From assembly GCA_038841535.1 (NCBI GenBank), contig JAWBTQ010000010.1:1-44033 (forward strand): DNA of 44,033 bases, in the 5' to 3' direction. Below are positions 9,260 to 18,903 of this stretch, piece after piece; position 1 is the first letter of the stretch; every line of letters begins with the position of its first letter. This stretch comes from Sulfolobales archaeon. GTDB taxonomy: Archaea > Thermoproteota > Thermoprotei_A > Sulfolobales > NBVN01. The translations under genes were made by a program, and so were the position numbers. The notes under the pieces were generated by a model. It did no database searches. It had not been told where the DNA came from and worked only from the letters and a program-made list of their open reading frames with translations.

Positions 9260-9994
9260 TTGGAGGTTTTGGGCTTGCTGAGTGGCTCGGTGGGGGTGTA
9301 CGTAGGCACGTCTGGTTGGCTTTACGATTGGAACGAGGGTAGGTCTCTTGACTGGTACCTTAAGTATTCCGGTCTTAACGCTGTTGAGCTGAACGCCTCC
9401 TTCTATAGATTTCCGTTTCCAAACCAGGTGGTCGGCTGGAGGAGGAAGACTGAGAACTATGAAGTCCGCTGGGCTGTTAAAGTGCATAGGAGTATAACTC
9501 ACTTAAGGAGGCTGGGCGGGGGCTCTCTAGCTGTTTGGTCAAAGTTCATAAGCCTCTTTAAGCCCCTAGACAATTACATCGACTTCTACTTAATCCAGAT
9601 GCCGCCGACGTTCGAGATGAGTGAAGGTAACGTATCCAAACTGGAGAAGTTCGCGGAATCAGTCGGACTAGGTAGCAGGCTAGCAGTGGAGTTCAGGAGT
9701 ACAAGCTGGTTCAATGACGGTACAATCGAGATTTGTCGGAAGATCGGTGCTACAGTAGTATCCATAGACTCACCTATAGGTACCTGGGTTGCTTCGAGCA
9801 ATGGCATAGTCTACATTAGGCTCCACGGAAGAACTGAGTGGTATTCCTACGAGTACACTCTAAAGGAACTCGAGGAAATAGTGAGCAGGATAGCCGAAGT
9901 AGGTCCCCGCAGAGTCTACGTATTCTTTAACAATGACCACTGGATGTTAGACAATGCGAGGACTATAGTAAGGATACTTAGCTCAAAGATCTAG
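9260..9994 (+). CDS. DUF72 family protein (true start probably slightly downstream)
   Basis: YVGTSGW, VELNASFY, AVEFR, YIRLHGR, VYVFFNN. Confidence 0.9.
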   Translation: MEVLGLLSGSVGVYVGTSGWLYDWNEGRSLDWYLKYSGLNAVELNASFYRFPFPNQVVGWRRKTENYEVRWAVKVHRSITHLRRLGGGSLAVWSKFISLFKPLDNYIDFYLIQMPPTFEMSEGNVSKLEKFAESVGLGSRLAVEFRSTSWFNDGTIEICRKIGATVVSIDSPIGTWVASSNGIVYIRLHGRTEWYSYEYTLKELEEIVSRIAEVGPRRVYVFFNNDHWMLDNARTIVRILSSKI

Positions 9995-10214
9995 ACAATG
10001 ACTTCGTGGGCTATAATGAGCTCTCCTTCGAAGCTCCTTGGATGTTACGTAAGGACGCATCCTACAGTTCCACTACGCGCGGTCGCCTGCTTTTAAACTG
10101 CATAAAACGTCGCGGGCCATATGCTGTAATGGTGGAGTTTAAGTAGGGAAAAGGAAGAACGAAGCCGGGCGTAGCAAATAAATAAAATGAAAAACCAGGT
10201 TACATTTAGTTAGG

Positions 10215-11447
10215 TCAGCTCGAGCTCTTTAGCTTTAGGCCAACGAGCTTAGTTATTAGAATAGTGCATGCGTTATCTCCTGATACGTTAATAGCTGTTC
10301 TTAGAGCATCTGCTATAGGGTCTATAACCATCATTATACCGACTCCCTCTAATGGAAGCCCGAGCGTCCCTAAGACGAATGCGAGCATTATCGTCCCTCC
10401 ACCAGGTATGGCTGCTGTCGCTACAGACCCTATGACAGCTGAGGTTACAGCCAGACCTATGTGTACTGGCGTAAGTGCTATCCCAAAGAGCTGAGCTACA
10501 AAGATGGCTGAGAGAGCTTGGTATAGAGCTGTCCCGTCCATGTTCGCTGTAGCACCTATGGGGAGAGTTATCTGGAACACTTCATCGGGTACCCCCATCC
10601 TTCTAGCTGCCTCCATGTTGTAGGGTAGCGTAACGGCTGAAGATCTCGTGGTGAAGGCTATTAGGAACGGTGTGGACTGGATCTTGAAGTACTTCAGTGG
10701 GCTAAGGCCTCCGGTTAGTACTATGATGCTGTAGACAACGAAGAAGTGTATGAAGGTAAAGCTATACTGAGCTAGCAGGAACTTGCCGTAAGCTCCAAGC
10801 ATCTGCGGGCCGTAGACTGCTATGAGCCAGGCAGCGTAAGCGAATATAGCTACTGGTGCGTAGTACATTATTACTCTAACCATAGTTATCATAGTGTTTG
10901 ATGCCAGTCTTAGGAATGAGTATATCTTCCTACCTTCTTCACCCAGTAGTACGACGGCTACACCTAGAATTATGGCGAATATTATCATAGTCATAGCCCC
11001 ACCGACGGCTAGGAGGGCACTGAAGTCGGTCTGGAAGAAGCTTAAGAGTATGTCAACAGATGAGGGAGGCTTCGGAGGAGTGTAGCCAGCCGGAGGCTGC
11101 AGCCCAATACCAACACCTGGCTGAAACACCTGTCCAGCTGCTACGCCTAGGTAAGCTGCTAGAGCAGATGTAGCTATGTAGAGCACGAGCATCCACATTA
11201 GCACTAGACCGAGCTTACGCAAGTCCGCCATAGACGCAACAGCAGCAGATATAGTGAAGAATATAAGTGGCGGTATGACGATACGTATCAACCTCACGAA
11301 GACGTCTCCTAACGCCTTAAGCCACGTAGCAACATCGGATCTAGTAGCATCCGGAAGACCCAAGAGAGCAAAACCCAGCACTAAACCGATAACGAAGCCT
11401 ATAGCAATAGCAATAAGAAGCTTTACTCCAGGTCCTTTAACAGACAT
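10215..11447 (-). CDS. Dicarboxylate/amino acid:cation symporter (DAACS, GltP/GltPh-like)
   Basis: TRSSAVTLP, GATANMDGTALY, RTAINVSGD motifs; multiple TM segments. Confidence 0.92.
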   Translation of the reverse strand: MSVKGPGVKLLIAIAIGFVIGLVLGFALLGLPDATRSDVATWLKALGDVFVRLIRIVIPPLIFFTISAAVASMADLRKLGLVLMWMLVLYIATSALAAYLGVAAGQVFQPGVGIGLQPPAGYTPPKPPSSVDILLSFFQTDFSALLAVGGAMTMIIFAIILGVAVVLLGEEGRKIYSFLRLASNTMITMVRVIMYYAPVAIFAYAAWLIAVYGPQMLGAYGKFLLAQYSFTFIHFFVVYSIIVLTGGLSPLKYFKIQSTPFLIAFTTRSSAVTLPYNMEAARRMGVPDEVFQITLPIGATANMDGTALYQALSAIFVAQLFGIALTPVHIGLAVTSAVIGSVATAAIPGGGTIMLAFVLGTLGLPLEGVGIMMVIDPIADALRTAINVSGDNACTILITKLVGLKLKSSS

Positions 11448-11536
11448 GTGTTACATCCTCAACTAACTCATAGGTTCTCAGTATATATATCTTTAAAAAT
11501 TTCGAATGGATGCTTCCAATAAACTACACCAAAAAT

Positions 11537-11567
11537 GTGACTTCCTCCCGGCCTGGGGTGCGGGCTC
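11537..11567 (-). mobile_element. Isolated IS200/IS605-type right-end remnant
   Basis: Reverse complement GAGCCCGCACCCCAGGCCGGGAGGAAGTCAC resembles the archaeal IS605 right-end pattern (GC-rich stem then GGAGGAAGTCAC/G). Confidence 0.5.
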
Positions 11568-11661
11568 AGTCATGAAAATAGGCTCATTTCGTACTTCAAG
11601 TACGCACCTAACAATGTCACATGGAGTATTGCTAACCTACAGTAGCCGCCCAAGTTAAAAG

Positions 11662-11957
11662 TCAACTGCGGTGAGTTCTTTTGTTGCTTGCCTCTACCCT
11701 GGTTTTTCTCAAGGTCTCAACAGCATGTTTTAGTGATTCTATTAAGTATCCCTCTTCACTTGGTAGACCCACTATAGTCAGTTCTCCATCTACGTAGACT
11801 TCGGGAAGATCGATCGAATCAGAGTACTCTTCAACTACTTCGACGCTTTCTCCAAGCTCGCTAGAAAGGAGTTCGGAGACCTCATATAGCCACGAAACAA
11901 GAGTGTAGCATGTATAGTCCCTTCTGCACAGAACCCTGATCTCCGTTTTCCCACCAT
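11662..11957 (-). pseudogene. Small thioredoxin-fold-like protein with a -1 frameshift near codon 4 (missed by the ORF track)
   Basis: ATG GTG GGA AAA then -1 frame KTEIRVLCRRDYTCYTLVSWLYEVSELLSSELGESVEVVEEYSDSIDLPEVYVDGELTIVGLPSEEGYLIESLKHAVETLRK...*. Confidence 0.55.
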
Positions 11958-12855
11958 AGAGTAGTAGATGATAATAGATAAATGAAGAGGCTCTATTTCA
12001 GGATCGTAGAGGATTTCTATATTTCGAGTCAGAATGAGTCAGAGGTATGTGATCTACGTAGTACGAGTTGAAGCTCTCGAGTATTTCCAAGAAGACTGTG
12101 AACTCAGCATTCTCGATATTCTTTTACTCATCTCTAGGTTCGCGTTAGTAACATTTACTCTGTAATTTACTCTATAGCATTCGGCAATTCGAGAGTAGGA
12201 TTCAGCAAGGTTGCAATAATAGCCCAGAGAGGACATACCTCCTTACACAAAGAGCCGTTGCTACCACTCAGCTGATCAGGACCAGAGTATGCCTCAACGC
12301 TCTGATGGGAATATTTATTCATTTATCGGCGCTCTTAATGAGGTTCTCAGCTCACGAGGTGTATGTATACAAAGAAGATGAAGAGTAGTACTTTCATTAC
12401 CTCTTAACTTAGAGACTCCATGCTAATGGTGGCTTCGCTAAATTTGTATTAAGGTTTTATAATCATTGCCATGACATACCCTAGGCACTTAATTCATTCC
12501 TATTCTTCTTCCTAGTTTACCCTAGAATGCACATAACCAAGCGTATTGCTTACTAGTCTCTGAAGAATGACCTCCAGAGATAATTGCTAGTCTTTTAAAC
12601 CTTAGCTACAAAACTTTTTCCTATTAACAGAACTCGTGTTCCTGGAATCTAGGTTAGGGCATACCACTCCCCAAAACATGCGGAGAAAACGGGAGAGCTT
12701 GTTAATAAGCTCAATAGAACCGAGTCTTCAAAGGTCTATAAACAAACTTTCGCTCAATACTGCCTTCTTAGAGCACCTACGTGGCTCGTCGGAGCGATTA
12801 GCTCGCTAGCTATAGCGACTCAGAGTGAATAAGAGTGTGGCGTGAGCCTAAAGCA

Positions 12856-13114
12856 ACTGTTTCGGGTTTCACATCTCTTCATATTTGTTTATGTGGATGG
12901 AAACTCTTAAGTACTCTATGTGTAGTAGTGTGTGGGGATAGTTCGATGAGGGGTTGAGAGCTCCCTAGGGGCTCTCCCCGAGATACTCAAGATGTGGGGG
13001 TCTAGGGGTGCCCCTGAAAGCCCCTAAGGGTGGTGCAGACCCAAGACCTATGCGGGGGAAAGAGGGTGAGGCGATGAAACCACCTAACATAAACCTATAC
13101 AAGAGCTGAACCCC
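12856..13114 (+). mobile_element. Family A dispersed element, copy 3
   Basis: ACTGTTTCGGGTTTC...GAAACTCTTAAGTA...GAGAGCTCCCTAGGGGCTCTC...CAAGAGCTGAACCCC. Confidence 0.9.
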
Positions 13115-13175
13115 TACTGCTGTGTGTGCGTACGTAGTTAGCGTGGTTAGTCTCGCTGGGTAGTTTTTTAGGTTT

Positions 13176-14465
13176 ATGGATTATAGTAGTGAGAGTCTTA
13201 GTATCGCGTGCTTGTGGGTGTGTAAGTTGGAGGAGGCTCTACTTTCGGGTAGTCCCACGGTTTTTGCTAGGCAGAAGATGTTTAAGTACATGGGGCTAGA
13301 GAGGCTTGAGGGCCTCGTTGCCGGCTTATTTGCCCCCTTGGGAGTGGAGTCTGCTGGCGTTGCTGAAGCTCTATACCGAGTTCTCGCTGAAGACGTAGTG
13401 TCACCTAAGGACCTGCCCGAATTTAGCGTATCGCACGTTGATGGTTTTGCTCTATCTGAGTGTGATAGCAGAGTGTTTAAGGTTGTGAGTAGTGAGGTTC
13501 TCGATCGATGTGAAGCAGCACCTGTTGAGACAGGTTACCCGGTACCAGAGGGTGCGGTAGCGGTAGTCCCCGTAGAGTCCGTGAGGTTTCTGGAGGGAGG
13601 TGAGTTAGTTGTCCCTAGAAGCTACGAGAGGTTTCACGAGATCGTTAAGAAGGGTTCTGATGTATCTAGAGGTGAAATCCTTTGCGAGAAGGGTTGGGTA
13701 CTTACTCCACCGCTAGCTAGAGCCCTGCTCGAGTTGGGTATTGAGGAGGTGAAGGTATATATGAGGCCTAGAGCTCTTGTGGTGCCTATAGGCTCCGAGT
13801 TTACTGAGGAAGTCAAGAGAGAGTCTAGCAGTGTACTAATAAAAGCTATGTGTCAGGCTGTTGGAGCCTTAGTCGAGGTATCTAAGCCTGTAGATGACTC
13901 TGTTGAAGCCGTAAAGAAGGCCGTAGAGAAAGGTGTAGATATGTACGACGTAGTTGCGACAATAGGTGGAGCATCACTTGGGAGTAAGGACTTTACACTA
14001 TCCGCACTACTTGAGCTACCCAGTAGTGCTCTCGTAGTTAGAGGGCTGGCTATACAACCAGGTAGAGTGACCTCGCTAGCTACTGTTAGAGGTAAGCCAG
14101 TAATCCTACTACCAGGCTTAGTGCAGTCAACAGTAGTGGGAGCAATATTCCTCCTCCAGCCCTTAATCAAGAGACTTCAGGGAGCTCGCCCACGAGCTCA
14201 CTACCCAATTGGCCTCTATAGACTGGCTTCAGACTACTCCTACACTGGTAGGTTCACTAGCTTCAAGAGACTGAGGTTCGTAAAGCTAATTAGTGAAGAG
14301 CTACTCGAGGTAGATGTCATTGAGACACCTTCACCAGTGCAGAAGACGATAGTGACTTCCCACGGTTTCATTATACTAGAGAGTGGAGTCACTAGCCTAA
14401 GTAAGGGTTCATACGTCACAGTCTACAGAGCCCCGGGGCTCTACGCTGAAGCTCCGCTAACATAG
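13176..14465 (+). CDS. moeA: Molybdopterin molybdenumtransferase MoeA (likely start about 13278, MFKYM)
   Basis: RVLAEDVVSPKDLPEFSVSHVDGFA, ETGYPVPEGAVAVV, GGASLGSKDF, IQPG..LLPG. Confidence 0.88.
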   Translation: MDYSSESLSIACLWVCKLEEALLSGSPTVFARQKMFKYMGLERLEGLVAGLFAPLGVESAGVAEALYRVLAEDVVSPKDLPEFSVSHVDGFALSECDSRVFKVVSSEVLDRCEAAPVETGYPVPEGAVAVVPVESVRFLEGGELVVPRSYERFHEIVKKGSDVSRGEILCEKGWVLTPPLARALLELGIEEVKVYMRPRALVVPIGSEFTEEVKRESSSVLIKAMCQAVGALVEVSKPVDDSVEAVKKAVEKGVDMYDVVATIGGASLGSKDFTLSALLELPSSALVVRGLAIQPGRVTSLATVRGKPVILLPGLVQSTVVGAIFLLQPLIKRLQGARPRAHYPIGLYRLASDYSYTGRFTSFKRLRFVKLISEELLEVDVIETPSPVQKTIVTSHGFIILESGVTSLSKGSYVTVYRAPGLYAEAPLT

Positions 14466-14500
14466 TGAAGGCTCTGCTCGCAGTTACTCAGCCTCTCGCA

Positions 14501-14802
14501 ACTGTTTGTGTTTCTTATCGGTTCATATCGGTTGGTGCTATTCCTCCTACGATTAATGCGTAAACCTCTTTTCCGCGGTCTAGCGGAAACGTTCATAAGT
14601 ATCTCTACATAGGTTAGTGAGTGGAGACTCCCCGATGAGGGGTTGAGAGCTCCCTAGGGGCTCTCCCCGAGATACTCAAGATGTGGGGGTCTAGGGGTGC
14701 CCCTGAAAGCCCCTAAGGGTAGTGCAGACCCAAGACTGATGCAGGGGAAAAGAGATGAGGCAACGAAACCAACAAATACAAACCTATACAAGAGCTGAAC
14801 CC
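14501..14802 (+). mobile_element. Family A dispersed element, copy 4 (longer, different left part)
   Basis: From GATGAGGGG (~14634) near-identical to copies 3 and 5; left end ACTGTTTGTG with TATCGGTT repeated at 10-bp spacing. Confidence 0.9.
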
Positions 14803-15194
14803 TGAGAAGGTTCTACGTGACTCGGTGTTGCCGCAGTCTCTTAAGAATCTCCTAGCGAACAAACAGTGTAAAAAGGGAAAACTGAACAGAAATGACTTTC
14901 TCTAAGCGATATCCTTATTCAAACTTAGAATCGCCGAATCATTCGGACACGTAACCACGGACTGAGATAACTCAAAACGTGTAAACTTTCTAGAAGCGTT
15001 AAGATGGTAAATGACTGCGGACTTTTATTATGTACTTTTTAGTTGGTAAGTGGATTGGCGCGAGATCCTCCGATAAAGACATCACCTCTATCGGCCGGTA
15101 GATTACGGTAGGTGATGGCAGACGCATTTCGTCCTTAGGGATGCAGTAAGTATGTCACTGCGATACATATGCTCTAAAGCAGGGTGAGGGTAGA

Positions 15195-17240
15195 TTGCGC
15201 TGGGTAGAAGCGCTCAATAGAGCCAGGTTCCTACTGCCGGCTTCTGCCTTACTCGCACTATTCTTAGTCGCTAGGTCTGCGGACGGTGGGAGTCTTGCTA
15301 TGCGCGTAGCCTACGACTACGGTGTGTGGTACTCCACTATTGTTGTCACAGTGGGTGTGTTACTCGATCTTAGGGCTCTAGGCTGGACTTATAGCTATTG
15401 CTCTACACTCTTACTGAGTCTGCTTAGCGCTCTAGCAGTGGTGATCGGGAGAGTCTCTTCACTAGCCATTAATTGTACTCTTTATCTACCATACGATGTG
15501 ATGCCCCTTTTTGGGTCTCGCTACACGAGCGAGAGTTTCCTCATTTCTCTTGCGTTGGCTTCGGTTGGTGTTTCTCTATCTCTAGTCTCTCTCTCGATAC
15601 ACTCGGCTCTAGGTAGACCCCTTGTATTTAGAGAAGGGAGGCCTGCGAATGCGGTGATAGCAAGTGCCTGGAACCGGCTCAGGGCAGCTTTCTCGATCAC
15701 GAACCTGTACCTACCAACCTCCTTCCTGCTCGGCTTCATACTAAGATTCATCCCGGAGGTCATCTGGTGGCCATGGCATATAGGTTGGGATACCGTTGAG
15801 TACGTAGCTCACTTAGAGGACTTCATGGTCAGGCTTAATCCGCTCGCTAGCTACTACTGGATGGGTGGGTTGAGGAACATCCCACCTATGTTGAACCTCA
15901 TCGCATTAGTCCCTGCGTACGCCTTTGGAGCCTGGGCTGTGTTTAAGGTGTACCCAGCAGTAGCCTACGGCCTTCTCTGTCTCTCCTCAGCTCTACTAGC
16001 TAGGAGGGTTTTTCGCGTTAGTGGCTGGGGAGCTTTCCTGACTTCAGCTATAACAGCTCTCTACGTCCTCAACTTGAGGATCTCATGGGACTACCAGAGG
16101 CAGTTGTTGGGCTCAGTCTTCATGCTCCTCTCGCTAGCGGTTCTCGATGGACCCGGGAGATGGGGGGCTAGGAGGGCTGTTGCCGCAGCTACTCTACTGG
16201 TTTGCTCGGCTCTAAGCCACGAAGTCACTGGGTTTTTCGCTGCTATAGCGTCTCTCGCTTTCCTACTGAAGTCAGCCCTCGATAAAGAGCCGCGAGGTGC
16301 TTTAACTGGCTCTATAGCTTTAGCAGCCTCGGTGGCTCTAGAGCTGTGGTACTGGGGTGTGCCCTTCATGGAGGTCCCAGGTGTTGGTACTCTACCTGCT
16401 GGCTTAGTCTCATACTTTGATGTAGATGCATCAGAGGTCATTAGCTACTTATTCGCTGGATTCGGGGCCGTACTCCCCCTAGCTCTACTTTCCCTCCTAG
16501 AGCGAGACTCTAGGTGTACCTATTGCGGGATAGCTCTAGCTTCACTCTTTCTGGCAGGTCTATCACCACTTCTAGCACCCTATACTTCGGTAGCCGTTTG
16601 GTATAGGTTCATGATAGGAGCAGCACCAATAGCTTCAACACTAGCAGGTGCTTGGGTAGCCAAGTCCTCGGCTGGGTGGAGGTTCCAGCTAGCCTACATT
16701 ACCCTGCTCATGGTTCTAGCGTTTCCCTTTGCCTACACGGTCTTCGGAGCGACTAAGTATGCATACTCCATGAGGGAGTTCCCTCTGTTGGGGCTCACAC
16801 CACTACCCAATGACCAGAAGTACTTAGAGGACCTAGCGGAAGTAGCTGAAGTAGTGAAAAGCTTAGACCCCGGTATTGCGGTAGTAGCTCCAGACTGGGT
16901 AGCTAGGTGGGTCCACCTATCTAAGAGAAACCCCTCACCCAGTGAGCTAGTGTGGGTCTGGCCACGCTTAAACAGCACTATAGACTCCGTAGTGAGAGAG
17001 CTCGAACTCGGTAAAGCATACCTCATCACACTACTCCAGCTAAAGAACTCCACTGACCTCGCGGTAGTAGAAGTCTGGAGTGGGAAAGTCCTCTACCTAT
17101 ACTACGTGGAGACTAAGGCCAGCCCACCAAATCTTAAAGCACTCCAGGTGCTTCCCCCACCTATGAAGAAGCACCTAATTACGCATATCTCTACCTTCTT
17201 TTATCCCGATAACGTAGCTACATTAATGGCAATAGAGTAA
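15195..17240 (+). CDS. Polytopic membrane protein, probable GT-C fold glycosyltransferase
   Basis: Many TM helices; LRFIPE...GWDTVEY loop after a TM and RISWDYQRQLLG, typical of archaeal GT-C-like proteins. Confidence 0.6.
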   Translation: MRWVEALNRARFLLPASALLALFLVARSADGGSLAMRVAYDYGVWYSTIVVTVGVLLDLRALGWTYSYCSTLLLSLLSALAVVIGRVSSLAINCTLYLPYDVMPLFGSRYTSESFLISLALASVGVSLSLVSLSIHSALGRPLVFREGRPANAVIASAWNRLRAAFSITNLYLPTSFLLGFILRFIPEVIWWPWHIGWDTVEYVAHLEDFMVRLNPLASYYWMGGLRNIPPMLNLIALVPAYAFGAWAVFKVYPAVAYGLLCLSSALLARRVFRVSGWGAFLTSAITALYVLNLRISWDYQRQLLGSVFMLLSLAVLDGPGRWGARRAVAAATLLVCSALSHEVTGFFAAIASLAFLLKSALDKEPRGALTGSIALAASVALELWYWGVPFMEVPGVGTLPAGLVSYFDVDASEVISYLFAGFGAVLPLALLSLLERDSRCTYCGIALASLFLAGLSPLLAPYTSVAVWYRFMIGAAPIASTLAGAWVAKSSAGWRFQLAYITLLMVLAFPFAYTVFGATKYAYSMREFPLLGLTPLPNDQKYLEDLAEVAEVVKSLDPGIAVVAPDWVARWVHLSKRNPSPSELVWVWPRLNSTIDSVVRELELGKAYLITLLQLKNSTDLAVVEVWSGKVLYLYYVETKASPPNLKALQVLPPPMKKHLITHISTFFYPDNVATLMAIE

Positions 17241-17298
17241 TGGGAAATCACCTATTCTGCGTGTAAAGCAAAAATAGAGGTAAACTCGAACTCCTAAC

Positions 17299-18903
17299 CT
17301 AGCTTAGCTTGCGTAAGACCGAGCCAGCTCTAACCCCAGTAACACTACCGTTTTCTACTACGAGAGATCCGTTTACTAACACGTAGTCTATTCCTTCAGG
17401 TAGTAGCGTGGGCTCCTCGAACGTAGCTTTATCCGCTATCCTCTCTAGGTCGAATACGACTATATCCGCTCTAAACCCTGGTGCTACATACCCTCGGTCT
17501 CCTAGTCTGAACTTCTCTGCCGGCATAGAGGACATCTTTCTTACCGCCTCCTCGAGGCTTAGTATTCCCAGCTCCTTTACGTACCTCTTTATCACCTTTG
17601 GGAAGGTTCCAAAGAACCTGGGATGAGGCTTCCCCTTAGGTGGCATTATCCAGGAATCCGACCCGACCATGCTTAGAGGGCTCTTCAGGACCTCGATTAC
17701 GTCCTCCTCCCTCATTACGTGGATCACCATTGTAGACCTAGCTTCATCTCTGAGTATTATATCGAACAGCGCCTCATATGGGTTCACTCCCCACATTTTG
17801 CTTATTTCTGCTATGCTTTTTCCCTCACACTCCTTGCACTTTTCGGAGTAAGATACCACTACTCCCTCCCAACCTGCGAGCTTCGCGAAGTTTTCCCACG
17901 TAGCTATCTCGGTTTCCATGAAGTCCTTGATCTTCTTGCGGATGTCCGGGTCCTTTAGCCTTGAGAGTAAGGCGTCTACTCCGCCTTCGTGGACCCACCT
18001 AGGTAGGCAGGCAGTAAGCATGGTCATGCCAGCAGTGTACGGGTAGACGTCGCAGTTTACCTCGACACCTACTGACCTAGCTTCAGCCATAAGCTTGAGG
18101 GTCTCTTTAACCTTACCCCAATTGTCTCTACCTGCCGCTTTATGGTGACTTACCTGCACTGGAACTCCGGCGGTTCTCCCCACTATTATAGCCTCTCTAA
18201 CAGCATCAACCAAGGTATAGGACTCGCCCCTAATATGTGAAGAGTATACACCTCCGTACTCAGAGGCTACCTTTGCTAGCTCCACTAATTCCTCAGTGGT
18301 AGAGAAACTTCCGGGAGGATATATTAGACCTGTTGAAAACCCGAATGCTCCTGCTTCAAGAGACTCCTTGAGCATGCTCTTCATAGCTTCTAACTCTTCG
18401 GTTGTAGGGGTTCTAGCCTCAAAACCCATGGCAGCTATTCTAAGAGCTCCGTGACCAACTAGAGGGACCACGTTGACTGCTGGTCTAGCCTTCTCTAGTT
18501 GCTGGAGATACTCGCTGTAGGAAGTCCAAGCTATTTCAACTGGTAGAGGCCCTAGAGTGGACCAGTATCTCTCCAGCAGGTTCTTAGCCTCCCTTGAAAC
18601 GGGTGCGGCCGAAAATCCGCAGTTTCCCACAACAATCGTGGTAACTCCTTGGAGTAGGGCACAGGTAGCATCTGGGTATGCCATTATGGAGAGATCTGAG
18701 TGGTTATGCGAGTCTATAAACCCTGGAGCTACGAACTTGTCACTAGCGTTTATCACAACATCGGCTTGTGGATTCTTGATGTAGCCCACTTTAACTATTC
18801 TACCGTCTTTAACTCCCACATCCGCACGGACCCAGGGAGACCCCGCACCAGTTAGGACCTTTCCCTCCTTTATTACTATATCGTATAGAACCATACTAGC
18901 CAC
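17299..18903 (-). CDS. N-acyl-D-amino-acid deacylase (D-aminoacylase) family amidohydrolase
   Basis: APGFIDSHNHSD, GNCG, GFSTGLIYPPG, SHHKA, DVYPY, GSD, HPRFFGTFP. Confidence 0.92.
   Translation of the reverse strand: MASMVLYDIVIKEGKVLTGAGSPWVRADVGVKDGRIVKVGYIKNPQADVVINASDKFVAPGFIDSHNHSDLSIMAYPDATCALLQGVTTIVVGNCGFSAAPVSREAKNLLERYWSTLGPLPVEIAWTSYSEYLQQLEKARPAVNVVPLVGHGALRIAAMGFEARTPTTEELEAMKSMLKESLEAGAFGFSTGLIYPPGSFSTTEELVELAKVASEYGGVYSSHIRGESYTLVDAVREAIIVGRTAGVPVQVSHHKAAGRDNWGKVKETLKLMAEARSVGVEVNCDVYPYTAGMTMLTACLPRWVHEGGVDALLSRLKDPDIRKKIKDFMETEIATWENFAKLAGWEGVVVSYSEKCKECEGKSIAEISKMWGVNPYEALFDIILRDEARSTMVIHVMREEDVIEVLKSPLSMVGSDSWIMPPKGKPHPRFFGTFPKVIKRYVKELGILSLEEAVRKMSSMPAEKFRLGDRGYVAPGFRADIVVFDLERIADKATFEEPTLLPEGIDYVLVNGSLVVENGSVTGVRAGSVLRKLS

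Noticed and set aside
9155-9502. 115-aa minus-strand ORF
   Set aside because: Overlaps the well-supported DUF72 gene on the opposite strand.
12054-12236. 60-aa minus-strand ORF
   Set aside because: Sits in stop-rich decayed sequence; no family could be assigned.
12856-14802. Family A repeats as integron attC sites
   Set aside because: Too long, no RYYYAAC/GTTRRRY paired boxes, mixed orientations, and the nearby integrase is a decayed tRNA-targeting type.
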